Assembly: GCA_036785375.1 (NCBI GenBank)
Contig: JAWMAR010000478.1
Coordinates: forward strand, 186,001 to 250,000
DNA: 64,000 nt
Direction: 5' to 3'
DNA from: Leucoraja ocellata
Lineage: Eukaryota
The translations under genes were made by a program, and so were the position numbers. Positions within the stretch are counted from its first letter, which is position 1; each line of letters begins with the position of its first letter. Positions 13,297 to 26,658 of the stretch are shown here, piece after piece. The notes beneath the pieces are model-generated. The model made no database searches. It saw only the letters and a program-made list of their open reading frames with translations, and was not told the DNA's origin.

Positions 13297-16200
13297 CTGT
13301 CTTGCTCTCTGAACCCCTTTAAATATGAAGAACCTCTTGATGTTTTCCTGGTTTGCTTCCCACCAGTGTGTCGGGGAGTCAAAGAGGGGCCTCACCGTTC
13401 TCCAACATGCATAGTCCCTCTTTAGCTCCTCAATGTACTCTGGGGTTAACAGCTTCACATTTAACTTCCACGTCCCTCTGCCTGCCTTCCGATACACGTT
13501 AGTCAGCTGGAGCGGAGAGCCACGGTACATTACATCCACCACCAGGAGAAGCCCCCTCCCCCCTCCAACCACCTCCATGACCTCAGTGATGGTGCATCTC
13601 CCTCCCCGCAGCAAGATCCTCAGACCGGAAGCGCGGAAATCATTGCCTCCCCCGACCGTACCGACAATCCATGTGGCCCAGATACTGTGAGGCGTTTACA
13701 CATCGCACAGTGTTCTTCACACTGCGCACGTTTAGCGAGGCCAGTTTTAGCTCCATTGCCCTTAAATTGTCACTGACCATGATCTTGTCCTCTCATGCCC
13801 ACCGCTTTGGTGAATTGCAGGGCCGTTTCTGGGCTCAGGTACTGGGTGCTGGCATCCTCAAGGAGGGGGGTCTCCTCTGGCATAGCTGAAGTTATTGGAG
13901 GGACCCTCCTTGTTCCACCCACTTCTGGGCTCAGCGCCCCCTCCGCCTCCTGTAGCTGGCGTATGGTGACTGATTCAGTGTTCCCGGACTCCCGGAGATG
14001 GGGCCCATTGGCTGCTGCACTGTTCCCGGTCTCCCGGAGCTGGAGCCCATTGGCCGCTGCACTGTTCCCGGTCTCCCGGAGTTGGGGCCCATTGGCCGCT
14101 GCACTGTTCCCGGTCCTGCAGGACAACAAGCGAGCCCTTTCCCTTTCCGATCTCCTCTCCCATTTTCTTCCTCTGCCTCCATCGCCGGGTCCACGATGTC
14201 GCCTCCTCCTCCTCCGAGGGGAGGTTTCTGCCTACACTGCACTCCCTCAATAGCAAGAATGTCCCTCAAATTAGGAGATAAAACTGCTAGTTAGGAGACC
14301 AAAACTATGTCCCCTGGCCCTCGATTAGAGTCCCAGACTACTTAACCTTTCCCCGTAGCTCAGACCCTCGAGTCCAGGCAACATCCTCGTAAACATTTGG
14401 TATTTTCCCAATGACTCTACTGAACTACTGTATACTTCCTATCGGGATGCATCACAGCTTGGTTTGGGAACAGCTCTGCCCAAGACCGTAAAAAAATACA
14501 CAGAGAGTTGTGGACGTAGCCCTGTCCCTGTCACACAAACCAACCTCGCCCCTCGCCTATCGCCCCATATCTGAGGAAGGATCTGCTGGTTCTTGAGAGG
14601 GTCCAGAGTAGGTTTACAAGAATGATTCCAGAACTTAGTGGGTTAGCGTCTGATGAGCGATTGACGGCACTGGGCCCGTAACTCGCTGGTGTTTAGAAGG
14701 TTGAGGGGGTTCCTCATTTAAATGTACAGAATAGTGAAAGACCTGCATAGAGTGGATGTGGGAAGGATGTTTCCATTGGTGGGAGAGTCTAGGACCAGAG
14801 ATAACCTCAGAATTAAAGGGCGCTCTTTTAGAAAGGAGGTAAGGAGCAATTTCATTAGTCAGTTGTGGAGAAAATTGAATTATTTGCCGCTGAGGGCAAG
14901 TCAATGGATATTTTTAAGGCAGATATAGACAAATTCCTGATTAGAACGGATGTCAAGGGTTATGGGGAGAAGGCAGGAAAATGGGATTGGGAGGCCGAGA
15001 TCAGGCATGATTGAATGGGGGAATAGGCTTGATGGGCCGAATGGCCTAATTCTACTCCGATAACTTGTGAACTTGCAACTCCATCTACACTTCACGCTGC
15101 CTCGGGAAAACTACCAACATAATCAAGGGCCACTCACACCGCAGCCATTCCCTCTTCTCCCCTCTCCCATCGGGAGGCACGGTGGCACAGCGGTAGAGCT
15201 GCTGCCTTACAGCGAATGCTGCACTGAAGACCCAGGTTCGATCCCTTCTCATTCCTCCACATATAAAATTATAAAAGGGCTGGACAAGCTAGATGCACCA
15301 ATAATGTTCCCAATGTTGGGCGAGTCCAGAAGCAGAAGGCAGTGGAGGCCAAGTCACTGGATGGATTTAAGAGAGAGTTAGATAGAGCTCTAGGGGCTAG
15401 TGGAATCAAGGGATGTAGGGAGAAGGCAGGCACGGGTTATTGATTGGGGACGATCAGCCATGATCACAATGAATGGCGATGCTGGCTCAAAGGGCCGAAT
15501 GGCCTCCTCCTGCGTCTATTTTCTATGTTTCTCCCTCTTTCCCTCCTTGTTTCTCTCCCTGCTTCCCTCCCCCTCCATCCTCTCCCTCCCATCCTCTCAC
15601 CTCCCCTCCTTTCCCCGGTCCCTCTCCTCTTCCTCTCACCCTCATCCCTCTCCCTATCCGTGTTCTCCAGAAGGGTTTCGGCCCGAAACCTCGCCTATTT
15701 CCTTCGCTCCATAGATGCTGCTGCACCCGCCGAGTTTCTCCAGCAATTTTGTGTACCTTCGATCTTCCAGCATCTGCAGTTCCTTCTTGAAAACCATAGT
15801 CTCTGTTTAGGCTAATGGAAGGGAGGAAGAGAGAGAGAGAGAGACAATGCTGATAAAGACGGGAGCCGTGAGCTTATCTGAATACAATTAGCTGCTTCCT
15901 CACTAAAGCCAAACACGTCCACTCTCTCCAACACATCCTGACTATTCCCAGGTACAATTGTCTGTTTAATAACCCGATGCTCCCCTCCTCCATCGCCCCT
16001 CCAGAGGAGTAGGCGACGTCACATATTCTTTCGTTCCATAGTCGCTGCCTCACCCGCTGAGTTTCTCCAGCATTTTTGTTTATCTTCGATTTTTCCAGCA
16101 TCTGCAGTTGTCCCGTCACAGAGACCAACCCAGGCCCCGACACAGACATTGGACACACAGAGTGTTGGAGTAACTCAGCGGGACAGGCAGCATCTCTGGA

Positions 16201-19200
16201 GAACACGGATAGGGAGAGGGATGAGGAAGGGAGGGAGGAAAGGAGGGGAGAGGTGAGACGGAGGGTGGTAAGAGGGAGGGAGGGAGGGAGTGAAGGAGGG
16301 GGAGGGAAGCAGGGAGAGAAAGAAGGAGGGGGGAGGGAGAGAGGTAGGAGGGAGGGGGGGTGGGACAGATTAATAAAGATATGGTGAGTGGGAGGATGGG
16401 AGAGGGGGAAGGAAGGGAGTGAGTGAGAGAAGAAGGGAGGAACCGAGGGAAGGAGGGGAGGGAGGGTGGGATGGAGGGAGAGGAAGAGAGGTATGGTGAG
16501 TGGGAGGTTAGGTCAGGAAGGGGAGGGAGAGAGGGAGTGAGAGAGGGAGCAGGGAAGGAGGGTGGTGAGGAGTGGGAGAATCGGGTTATTAAACAGACAA
16601 TTGTACCCTGGGAAGAGTAAGGATGTGCTGGAGAGATTGGACATGTTTGGGTTTAGTGGGGAAGAAGCTAATTGTGTTCACATGACCCCACGGCTCCCGT
16701 CCTTATCAGCATTGACTCTGTCTCTCTCTCTCTCTCTTCCTCTCTTCCATATACAGAGACTATGGTTTATACCTTTCAGAAGCTCATGATTTGATTTTCC
16801 CCTTCATGTTTTCACTTGGTAAGGACATACAAGCCTTCACTGCATTCAATAGGTACAAGGTCCTGGAGTAACTCAGCGGGACAGGCAGCATCTCTGGAAG
16901 AATAGGTGCTGTTACAGAAGGGTCTCAACTCGAAATTTGGGGAATGAAGAACCTGAGGACATAGGTATAATGTGAGGGGGGAAAGATTTAATAGGAACCT
17001 TTGGGAAAGGTTTTCATTCAGAGGGTGGTGGGTGTATGGAACAAGCTGCAGGTGGAGGTGATTGAGGCAGCAACTACAACATTTAAAAGACATTGGGCGG
17101 GTACATAGAAACATAGAAATTAGGTGCAGGAGTAGGCCATTTGGCCCTTCGAGCCTGCACCACCATTCAATATGATCATGGCTGATCATCCAACTCAGTA
17201 TCCCGTACCTGCCTTCTCTCCATACCCTCTGATCCCCTTGGCCACAATGGCCACATCTAACTCCCTCTTAAATAAAGCCAATGAACTGGCCTCAACCACC
17301 CTCTGTGGCAGAGAGTTCCAGAGATTCACCACTCTCTGTGTGAAAAAAGTTCTCCTCATCTCGGTTTTAAAGCTTTCCCCTTATCCTTAAGCTGTGACCC
17401 CTTGTCCTGGACTTCCCCAACATCGGGTACATGGATAGGACAGGTTTGGGGGGCTTTTGGGCCAAACACAGGCAGGTGGGACTGGTGTAACTGGGACATG
17501 TTGGTCGGTGTGGGCTAGTTGGGCCGAAGGGCCTGTTTCCAAGCTGTGTGACTCTAAAACAAAAGGGACTACAATGAGGTAGATTGGAAGGTTGGGAAAT
17601 TCATTTCTAACTTATGAAAGGAACATAGACTGATACGGTGTAGGAACAGGCCCTTTGGCCCAACTTGCCCACACCGGCCAACATGTACCATCTGCACTAG
17701 TCCCACCTGCCTGCATTTGGTCCATATCCCTCCAAATGTGTCCTATCCATGTTCCTGTCTAACTGTTTCTTAAACGTAGGGACAGTCCCTGCCTCAAGTA
17801 CCTCCTCCGCCAGCTCGTTGCGTACACCCACCACCCTTTGTGTGAAAGAGTTACCCCTCAGACTACTATTGAATCTTTTCACCTATATCCTCTGGTGCCC
17901 CTACGCTGGCCAAGAGATTCAGCGTGTCTACCCAATCTATTCTTCTCATTATTCCCCCACCCCCTCATCCTCCTGCACTCCAGTAATCTGATAACTAAGG
18001 GGATGAATCCTTTCCTGAATCTGGGGGTACGCTCTTTCAAGCTTTTCTATTTAGTTTAGTTTAGAGATACAGTGCAGAAGCAGTCCCTTCGGCCCACCGG
18101 ATCAGCGCCGACCAGCGATCCCCGCACACTAACACTATCCTACACACACTAGGGACAATTTTTAAAAACATTTACACCAAGTCAATTTACCTACATACCT
18201 GTACGTCTTTGAAGTGTGGGAGGAAACCGAAGATCTCGGAGAAAACCCATGCAGGTCACGGGGAGAACGTACAAGCTCCGTAGTCGGGATCATAGAAACA
18301 TAGAAATTAGGTGCAGGAGGAGGCCATTCGGCCCTTCGAGCCAGCACCGCCATTCATTGTGATGATGGCTGATCGTCCCCAATCAATAACCCGTGCCTGC
18401 CTTCTCCCCATATCCCTTGATACCATTTGCCCCGGGAGCTCTATCTAACTCTCTCTTAAATCCATCCAGTGACTTGGCCTCCACATCCCTCTGTGGCAGG
18501 GAATTACACAAATTCACAACTCTCTGGGTGAAAACGTTTTTTCTCACCTCAGTCTTAAATGGCTTCCCCTTTATTCTAAGACTGTGGCCCCTGGTTCTGG
18601 ACTCGCCCAACATTGGGAACATTATTCCTGCATCTAGCTTGTCCAGTCCTTTTATAATTTTATATGTTGAGGGATGAGAAGGGATCGAACCTGGGTCTTC
18701 AGTGCAGCATTCGCTGTAAGGCAGCAGCTCTAACGCTGTGCCACCGTGCCTCCCGATGGGAGAGGGGAGAAGAGGGAATGGCTGTAGTGTGAACAGCCCT
18801 TGATTATGTTGGTAGTTTTCCCGAGGCAGCGTGAAGTGTAGATGGAGTTGCAAGTTCACAAGTTATTGGAGTAGAATTAGGCCATTCGTCCCATCGAGCC
18901 TATTCCCCCATTCAATCATGCCTGATCCCAGCCTCCCAATCCCATTTTCCTGCCTTCTCCCCATAACACTTGACATCCGTTCTAATCAAGAATTTGTCTA
19001 TCTCTGCATTAAAAATATCCAGTGACTTGCCCTCAGCGGCAAATAATTCAATTTTCACATCTGACTAAAGAAATTACTCCTCACCTCCTTTCTAAAAGAG
19101 CGCCCTTTAATTCTGAGGCTATCTCTAAGTCCTAGACTCTCCCACCAATGGAAACATCCTTACCACATGCACCCTATGCAGGTCTTTCACTAATCTGTAC

Positions 19201-20529
19201 ATTTAAATGAGGTCCCCCCTCATCCTTCTAAATGCCAGCGAGTACAGGCCCAGTGCCGTCAATCGCTCATCAGACGCTAACCCACTAAGTCCTGGAATCA
19301 TTCTTGTAAACCTACTCTGGACCCTCACAAGAACCAGCACCTCCTTCCTCAGATATGGGGCAATAGGCGAGGGGCGAGGTTGGTTTGTGTGACAGGGACC
19401 GGGCTACGTCCACAACTCTCTGTGTATTTTATTTACGCTGGAGCGGATAGCCAAGGTTGGGAAGAAACTGGAGCTGTGGAAGCAACGCTCACTCTCTATA
19501 ATGGGAAAGAACTTGGTCATCAGGTGCGAGGTGCTCTCGGGGCTGCTGTACTTGGCGCACGTGTGGCCTGTCCCTCCCCCCTACGCCACAGGGAGCGCCC
19601 GGGCCGTCTTCCAGTTCATCATCCGGGGGTCGAGGATTGACCGGGTGAGACGGGCCACAATACACAAGTTGGCAGACAAAGGGGGTAAAAGCGTGCCCAA
19701 CGTCACCCTCACCCTGATGGCCACCTTCGTGTGTGGCTGCATCAGGCGGAGTGTAGAGCCAAGGCACGTGGGCACCAAGGGTCACTACCTGCGGAGGTTC
19801 TACCTGTCCCCGGTGTTGGGAAGGATGGGCCTGGCGTAGATGCCATGAAATATGCCAGTCAGCTGGACATTGTGCACCATCTGTCATTTGTGGAAAGGTT
19901 CTTCCAGACCAACACCATTGACCACAAGTCCATCGGGCAGTGGTCAGCACGGAACGACCTGCAGGCTCTACAGTGAAATGACTCCATGGATCCTGTGGCG
20001 TGGTTCCCAGAGCAGACTGCCCAGCTTGTCTGGTGAAATGCCTCATCGCCACAACTCACCAACAAGCACCAAGACCTGGCTTGGCTGGCAGTGAGGGGAG
20101 CCCTCCCAGTCAGCTCCTTCCTGCACCGTCGGAACCTCACTAACAGCGCACACTGCCCTTGGGACGGCTGCTATGGAGAGGAGACAGTTGCCCACCTCGT
20201 TGCAGAGTGTGGATTTGTAAAGACAGTCTGGAGAGGTTTGCAAGGGTCCCTGTCACGATTTATTCTGAACAGCTCTGTCACAGAGGGCTCTGTGATTTAC
20301 GGACTGTTCCCAGGGACACATTCAGAGACTGACATCGAGTGCTGCTGGAAGGTCATCAACTCGGTGAAAGACGCCCTTTGGTCTGCCTGAGCTTTGTTGA
20401 CAGCCCAGCGGAGCGGGATGTCTGTCGGAGAATGTTGCCGACTGGCCCGCTGCAGACTGCAGGAGTACATGCTGAGGGACCTACTGAAGCTTAGTGCAGC
20501 TAACGCCAAGGCTCGGTTGGGGGGGGGGG

Positions 20530-21570
20530 GGGGGGGGGAATTCGCAGGGATTCTCCTCCTCTACATCGGGGACCTGGGGTGCAGGGTATTGCACCGGAGT
20601 CCCCTGCAACCTGTTTCTCTCGCGGTTAAGACTCACCAGCCGCCTGCCACTTTTGTGGGCTGGAAGAATATGTAAACCACGTGTATATGGAGTGCGTGAG
20701 GCTGCATCCCCTGTTCCAATGTCTAAAGCTGCTGCTACTTGCCTTCTGGCTGCATTTCTCACCCACCATCCTCATCTTTGGACACCCTGTGCATGGGGGA
20801 GAGGGTAGGACTGAAGATGTCCTGGTTGGGTTGCTCCTGGGCCTGGCCAAGCTGGCCATCCTCAAGTCACTGGGTCAGGCAGAAGAGGGCTCTGCCCGAG
20901 CCGGCTGCCTGCCCCTTTTCCAGGGTTACGTCCATGCCCCGGTGGTGTTAGAGAGGGACTACGCACCAAAGATCCTATAGCGGAGCAAGATAGACCACTC
21001 CTGCTAAATGGAATGGGCTGACGTGTAGTACGCAACGGAACGGAACGTGGGCCTTTTTTACATCCATTTCCATAACCGGACCCGACCCGACTCGCAGTGT
21101 AATCAACGCTGCGGGGGATCAGTTTGTGTTAATAAATTAAAATTCTGAAAATGAGATTTTTACCAACTAACTTTTATTTTTACGAGGATGTTTCCGTAAC
21201 CGGCTTCCGTCTCCGCACTTTTATCCTATGGGATCTGTGGTGCGGAGACGGAAGCCGGTTACGGGAATGGGGCCTTAAATTACCCATGAATATGCCCATG
21301 ACCGTACTATGTCTTTTTGGTCGAGTGGACGATCTTTCTCGCTGTAGGATCTTTGCTACACATTGTCCACGGGCAACCTGGGGGATTTGCCGCACCGTTG
21401 GGCACGGCGGGGGGTGGAATGCATCCTTGACAAGGATTGTAACATAGTTGTATAGTCGTTTATTTAGTATATTTGTTGGTCTTGTGTTATGGGGGTGGGA
21501 TCTGGTTTGTTTCATTGTATTGTAAATATTATTTTTAATAATTGATTACATTTTTTGATATAAAAAAAAT
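20530..21570 (+). mobile_element. Second Tx1-family 3' fragment inserted in the last codons of the first Tx1 ORF2 (mirror about 8657-9700)
   Basis: It has a separate CHFC...H...C finger and its own A-tail at 21561-21569. The host ORF breaks at AKARW/LG and resumes GRITV* at about 21580. Confidence 0.7.
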
Positions 21571-23569
21571 TCTTAGTGAGGGAGGATCACAGTCTAGGTT
21601 CCTTCCGCTGCTGGACATGGGGGGCAGGGTGTGGTGGAGACGCCCCTCAAAAATATGGGAAGGGATTCCATGCTAGTGGGCCACATGAGTGGCAAGGGTG
21701 GGGGATAAATTTGTTTAATTTGTGTAAACATTATTGAAAGTATATATAGCTTCCAAGAATGTTGGATGGAGTCTTGTAAGGATCAACTATCGGATATATT
21801 TATTTCTCAAATAAAGTATATTTTGAAATTTTAAAAATTGAATCTTTCGAAAGGACACAATCGCGACTTTAACAAGATATTCAGACGGGAATGTAATTGG
21901 AAGGCTTTAGTTTAGTTTAGAGACACAGCGAGGACACAGAACATACATGCAGGAGTAGGCCATTTGGCCATTCGTGCCAGCACCGCCACTCAATATGATC
22001 ATGGCTGACCATCCAAAATTAGTACCCCGTTCCTGCTTTCTCCCCATATCCCTTCATTCCGTTATCCCAAAGAGCTAAATCTAACTCTTGAAAACATCAG
22101 GTGAATTAGCCTCCACTGCCTTCTGTGGCAGAGAATTCCCAGATTCACAACTCTCTGGGTGAAAATAATTTTCCTCATCTCAGTCCTATATGGCTGACCC
22201 CATATTCTTAAACTGTGACCCCTGGTTCTGGACTCCTCCCCGATATCGGGATCATTTTCCCTGCATCCCTGTCCAAACCCTTAAGGATTTATATGTTACT
22301 ATAAGGACCCTCTCATCCTTCTAAATTCCAGTGAATACAAGTCGATCCATTCTTTCATCATATGTCAGTCCCGCCATCACGGGAATTAACCTGGTGAACC
22401 TACGCTGCACTCCCTCAATAGCAAGAATGTCCTTCCTCAAATTAGGAGACAAAAATCAAATAAAAGAGATGTGTAAAACATAATTCTGAGACATGTGACT
22501 GTAATGGTTCAGCATTTTAATCTCTTTGTTTACAAATGCAACAAATCCAAATCCTCTGCAGAAAACATGTAATGATATAAAAATAGTATCAGGATTAATC
22601 TTGCACCTGCTCCAGTATTAGATGACCATGACTGATTAGATTTAGTTTAGTGTAGTTTAGAGACACAGCGTGGAAACAGGACCTTCGGCCCATCGAGTCA
22701 GCACCGACCAGTGATCCCCGCACACTACACACACCCAGTCAAGTCAAGTCAAGTCACTTTTATTTCTATAGCACATTTAAAAAACATCTCTTGTTGACCA
22801 AAGTGCTTTACATTGGTGGAGGTACTAATGTTATACAACAGTGGTTCATAGATTAAGTACATACATAAATACATACATATAGCCCTCCCTCAGAGGATGA
22901 CAAGAAAGGCTTGAGAGTAAAGATGCGTTTTAACTCTCGACTCAAAGGAGTCGATGGAGGGGGCAGTTCGGATGGGAAGAGGGATGCTGTTCCACAGTCA
23001 CGGAGCTGCATCCGCAAAGGCACGGTGGCCCCTGAGCTTATGCCTAGACCGCAGGATGTTCAGTAACCCCAAGTCTGCTGATCTGTGGGACCTGGAGGTG
23101 GTGTGGTGGGTAAGCAGGGACAATGTACATTTACAGCAAGCCAATTAACCTACAAACCAGCCCATCTGTGGGGTGTGGGAGGAAACCGAAGATCCCGGAG
23201 AAAACCCACACAGGTCACGGGGAGAACGTACAAACTCCGCACAGACAGCACCTGTAGTCAGGATCAAACCCGGGTCTCTGGCGCTGTGAGGCAGCAACTC
23301 TACTGCTGCGCCACCGTGCTGCCCTTTGTTAGATTTCCAGCGTCTGCATTTCATTATTATTATTACTCAACAATGCCACACAGAGAGCTGCTTGCTATGA
23401 AACTTGTTATAGAACATGGTGCTACAAGAGCAAGAGCTTCAGAATAGCATTAGCAACAATCCCACAGGATTCTCAAAATATATATTTAATAGCTACGAGC
23501 GGATTTTGTAACTGCAGGTAAAGACTGTGTTTAACAGACTATCATTTGATAGAAGCAATTATTGTCAAT

Positions 23570-26210
23570 GTTAATAGTTACCCCAATAAAATCGCTGAAA
23601 AATGGTAAGACACCGGGACCAGATGGTTTTAATAATGAATGTTATAAAAAATTTCAGGAGATAACGACCCCTTATTTATTTAATTTATACTCCCATGCTT
23701 TTAAAGAAAACAAACTACCTGAAACACTAACAGAATCAACTATTACGCTTATTCCAAAAAAAAGATAAATATTTAGAAGATCCGGGCTCGTACAGAGCTA
23801 TATCACTTTTAAATACAGATCAGAACATTTTAGCAAAGATTTTAGCAAGAAGATTAAGCAAATATATTAGTAAATTGATAAACCCTGATCAAACGGGGTT
23901 TATACCTAAAAGATACTCATTTAATAATCTGAGACGCCTGTTTAATATAATGCACTCGCATAAAGTAGAGGAAGAAGATATATCAATTATTTCTTTGGAT
24001 GCAGAGAAAGCATTTGATCAGATAGAGTGGCAATACTTATATAAAGTACTACAAAAATTTAATATGGGAATTTTATAACATGGGTAAAATTATTATATGA
24101 TAAACCGATGGCAAGAATTTTAACTAATAACATGTTATCTCAAAAATTTCAACTATCAAGGGGTAATAGGCAGGGATGTGCACTATCACCCCTGCTATTT
24201 GCCCTTATGATAGAACCCCTGGCTGAAAGTATAAGAATTCATCCGAATATTCAGGGCTATAATACCAGGGACTCAAAGAATAAAATCTCATTATATGCAG
24301 ACGATATACTTTTATACATTACAAAGTCACAAACAAGCATACCAAATTTATTAAACTTAATAGAGGAAATTGGATCTTTTTCTGGATATAGAATAAACTG
24401 GAACAAAAGTGAAATCATGACATTAAAACCTCAAGAACCTACACACTTATTGAAGTTCCCCTTTAAAATCGCAACAGAAAAATTTAAATATTTGGGTATT
24501 CAGACTACTGGAAAATATAAAGCATTATTCAACGCTAATTTCATACCTTTATTAAATAAACTTAATACGCTGATTAAATTTTGGAAAACACTTCCCTTAT
24601 CATTATTAGGTAGAATAAATGCAATAAAAATGATCTTCCTACCACAATTACTACATCTATTTCAGTCTATACCGGTATATATACCAAAATTTTTTAAATT
24701 AGACTCTAACATTACAAATTCTATTTGGGACTATAGATCACATAGAATCACAAAAAAACACTTATGTAAACCAAAAGAGGTCGGGGGACTTTCACTTCCG
24801 AAATTCACTTCCGAATTTTATGTATTATTACTGGGCAGTGCATATTAAGAATATGATTTATTGGTTGGATAGTTCTACCCAACAGACAGAATGGATAAAA
24901 ATGGAGAAGGAGGATTGCCATCCTTGTAATATAGGAACGATCCTCTTTTCCCCAAAAAAACTGAATAACACAATATATAAGAAGAATCCAATTATATATG
25001 GTACAATAAGAATTTGGAAACAAATAAAATTATCTTTGAAATTAAGAAATCTATCACTGTTAATGCCAATAGCGAATAACCCTTTATTTAAACTATCTCT
25101 TATTGATAAGACATATAACCAATGGGAAAGACTCGGAATTAGAGGGATCAGGGATATGTACGAAATGGGAAACCTACTATCATTCTAACAACTACAATTA
25201 AAATTTAAATTGAAAAACAACCAATATTTTAAATATCTTTAGATTTGCGACTTTGTGAAAAAATATATACAAGGATATCAAAAAGTAACCCCTGACTTAT
25301 TGGAAGAAGCAATGGATATTGAAGCTGGCCCACAAAAATTAATATCATATTTATATAATAGTATTCTAAATATAGACCTACCATCGACAGAGGTACTTCT
25401 GAGAAGAGTGGGAACGGGATCTAATGATAAAAATTACTAAGGTTAAATGGGAAAAATACCTGATATATATTCACAAATGTTCAATTAATGTAAGACATAA
25501 TCTAATACAATTTAAAATTGTACATAGATTATATTATTCAAAAACAAGATTGAACAGATTTTATCCAAATATATCCGCCACTTGTGATAAATGTCTAGCC
25601 CAAAAGGCAAATATAACACACTCCTTAGTTTCCTGCATAAAACTTTATAGATTTTGGAATGATATTTTTGAAATATTTACAAAATTATTCAAGACAAGAA
25701 TGGAACCTAATACTGAAATGATTATATTTGGTGTAATGGAAGATGGGAATAAATTGAACACATCTCAAAATCTATTCCTTAACTATGGTTTAATAATAGC
25801 AAAAAAATTAATACTTAAATTTTGGAAGGGTACATCAATACCAACGCTTAAAATGTGGATTGCAAGTATGTTGGACCACGCTCATCTTGAGGAAATGCGA
25901 TTCCTCCTAATGGATAAATCAGACCAATTCATAACGAGTTGGTCTCCATTCGTTGTTTTTTTGGAATCATATGGTGCAACACAATTGTAAAAAATAACTG
26001 TTTCAGGACTGGAAGAGGGTTGGTCAAGATTATAAATAATGATCTCCTTTTCTTTTTTATTTTATTTTCTTTTCTCTATTTTCTCTCTCAACTTTCTTCA
26101 TTTACTCGTTTTCTTTCTTCACACGCTATATATTTCACATCTTTCTATCCTTTACTATCTAACTTCTTTTTCTTATTCTATTCTTTTAAAAAAAAAATCA
26201 AAAAAAAATC
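23570..26210 (+). mobile_element. 5'-truncated L1-clade LINE (RT, C-terminal Cys/His finger, poly-A); the mirror copy at 5120-6660(-) has a deletion of about 1.1 kb
   Basis: PGPDGF, LDAEKAFD, RQGCALSPLLF, LYADD and CDKC...H...C motifs; A-tail at about 26188-26208. Confidence 0.92.
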
Positions 26211-26466
26211 AATATTTAGCCGCGGAACAGTCTGGGTTCTAAAGAACAAAGGCTTTTTTAAAGAGATACAGCGGGGAAACAGGCCCTTCAGCCCACCGAG
26301 TCCGCACCGACCATCGGTCATCCGTTCACACACTAGTTCTATGTTATCCCACTATGTCATCTACAGAGGGTTAATTAATCTATGAAACCCAAGGTAGTTA
26401 AGGCTGGTGCAGCGCTCTCTCCCCATCGCCTCTCTCTCCTCACCACCCTTCCCTCCATCCTCCCAC

Positions 26467-26658
26467 CTACCCCTTCCCCTGCTTGGACTGGAACCAGAGC
26501 TCCGCGTATTCCACCCCCTCGCCACTGTGCCCGGTCTCTCCGCTGCTCAGCACCTCCTGCATGTTGGCGTACACGACCGCTTGCTCTTCCCCCTCTCCTG
26601 ATTCCCCTCCTTCTTTCCGCTCCACTGGGGCCGGCCCGTTCTCTCCACTCCCCGCGCT
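26467..26658 (-). CDS. Siglec-like gene A: terminal coding exon with VVYANM and VEYAEL tyrosine motifs and stop
   Basis: ctttccttccag|AGC GCG GGG ... GTC GTG TAC GCC AAC ATG ... GTG GAA TAC GCG GAG CTC ... GGG TAG, 192 nt. VEYAEL fits the ITIM consensus (I/V/L/S)xYxx(L/V). Confidence 0.85.
   Translation of the reverse strand, partial: SAGSGENGPAPVERKEGGESGEGEEQAVVYANMQEVLSSGETGHSGEGVEYAELWFQSKQGKG

Larger units (their letters stand above)
8390..14225 (-). mobile_element. Fragmented Tx1-clade LINE (ORF1 end, ORF2) carrying nested insertions; mirror 3' part at 19437-21835(+)
   Basis: NWRPITLLNVDYKILSKAIANR, LDQEKAFD, LYMDD and CPWDGC...HLVAEC motifs. The ORF2 start MELKLASLNVRS is near 13756. 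ORF1 contains three 42-bp repeats (ETGNSAAANGPQLR) at about 13975-14115. Confidence 0.88.
1..15530. repeat. Left arm of a large inverted segmental duplication
   Basis: Reverse-complement match to 18295-32890 with block-wise constant coordinate sums: about 32220 (0.6-0.9 kb), 31325 (2.3-5.4 kb), 30227 (6-9.3 kb) and 33926 (14.5-15.3 kb). Homology runs off the window start (1-53 matches 32838-32890). Confidence 0.95.
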
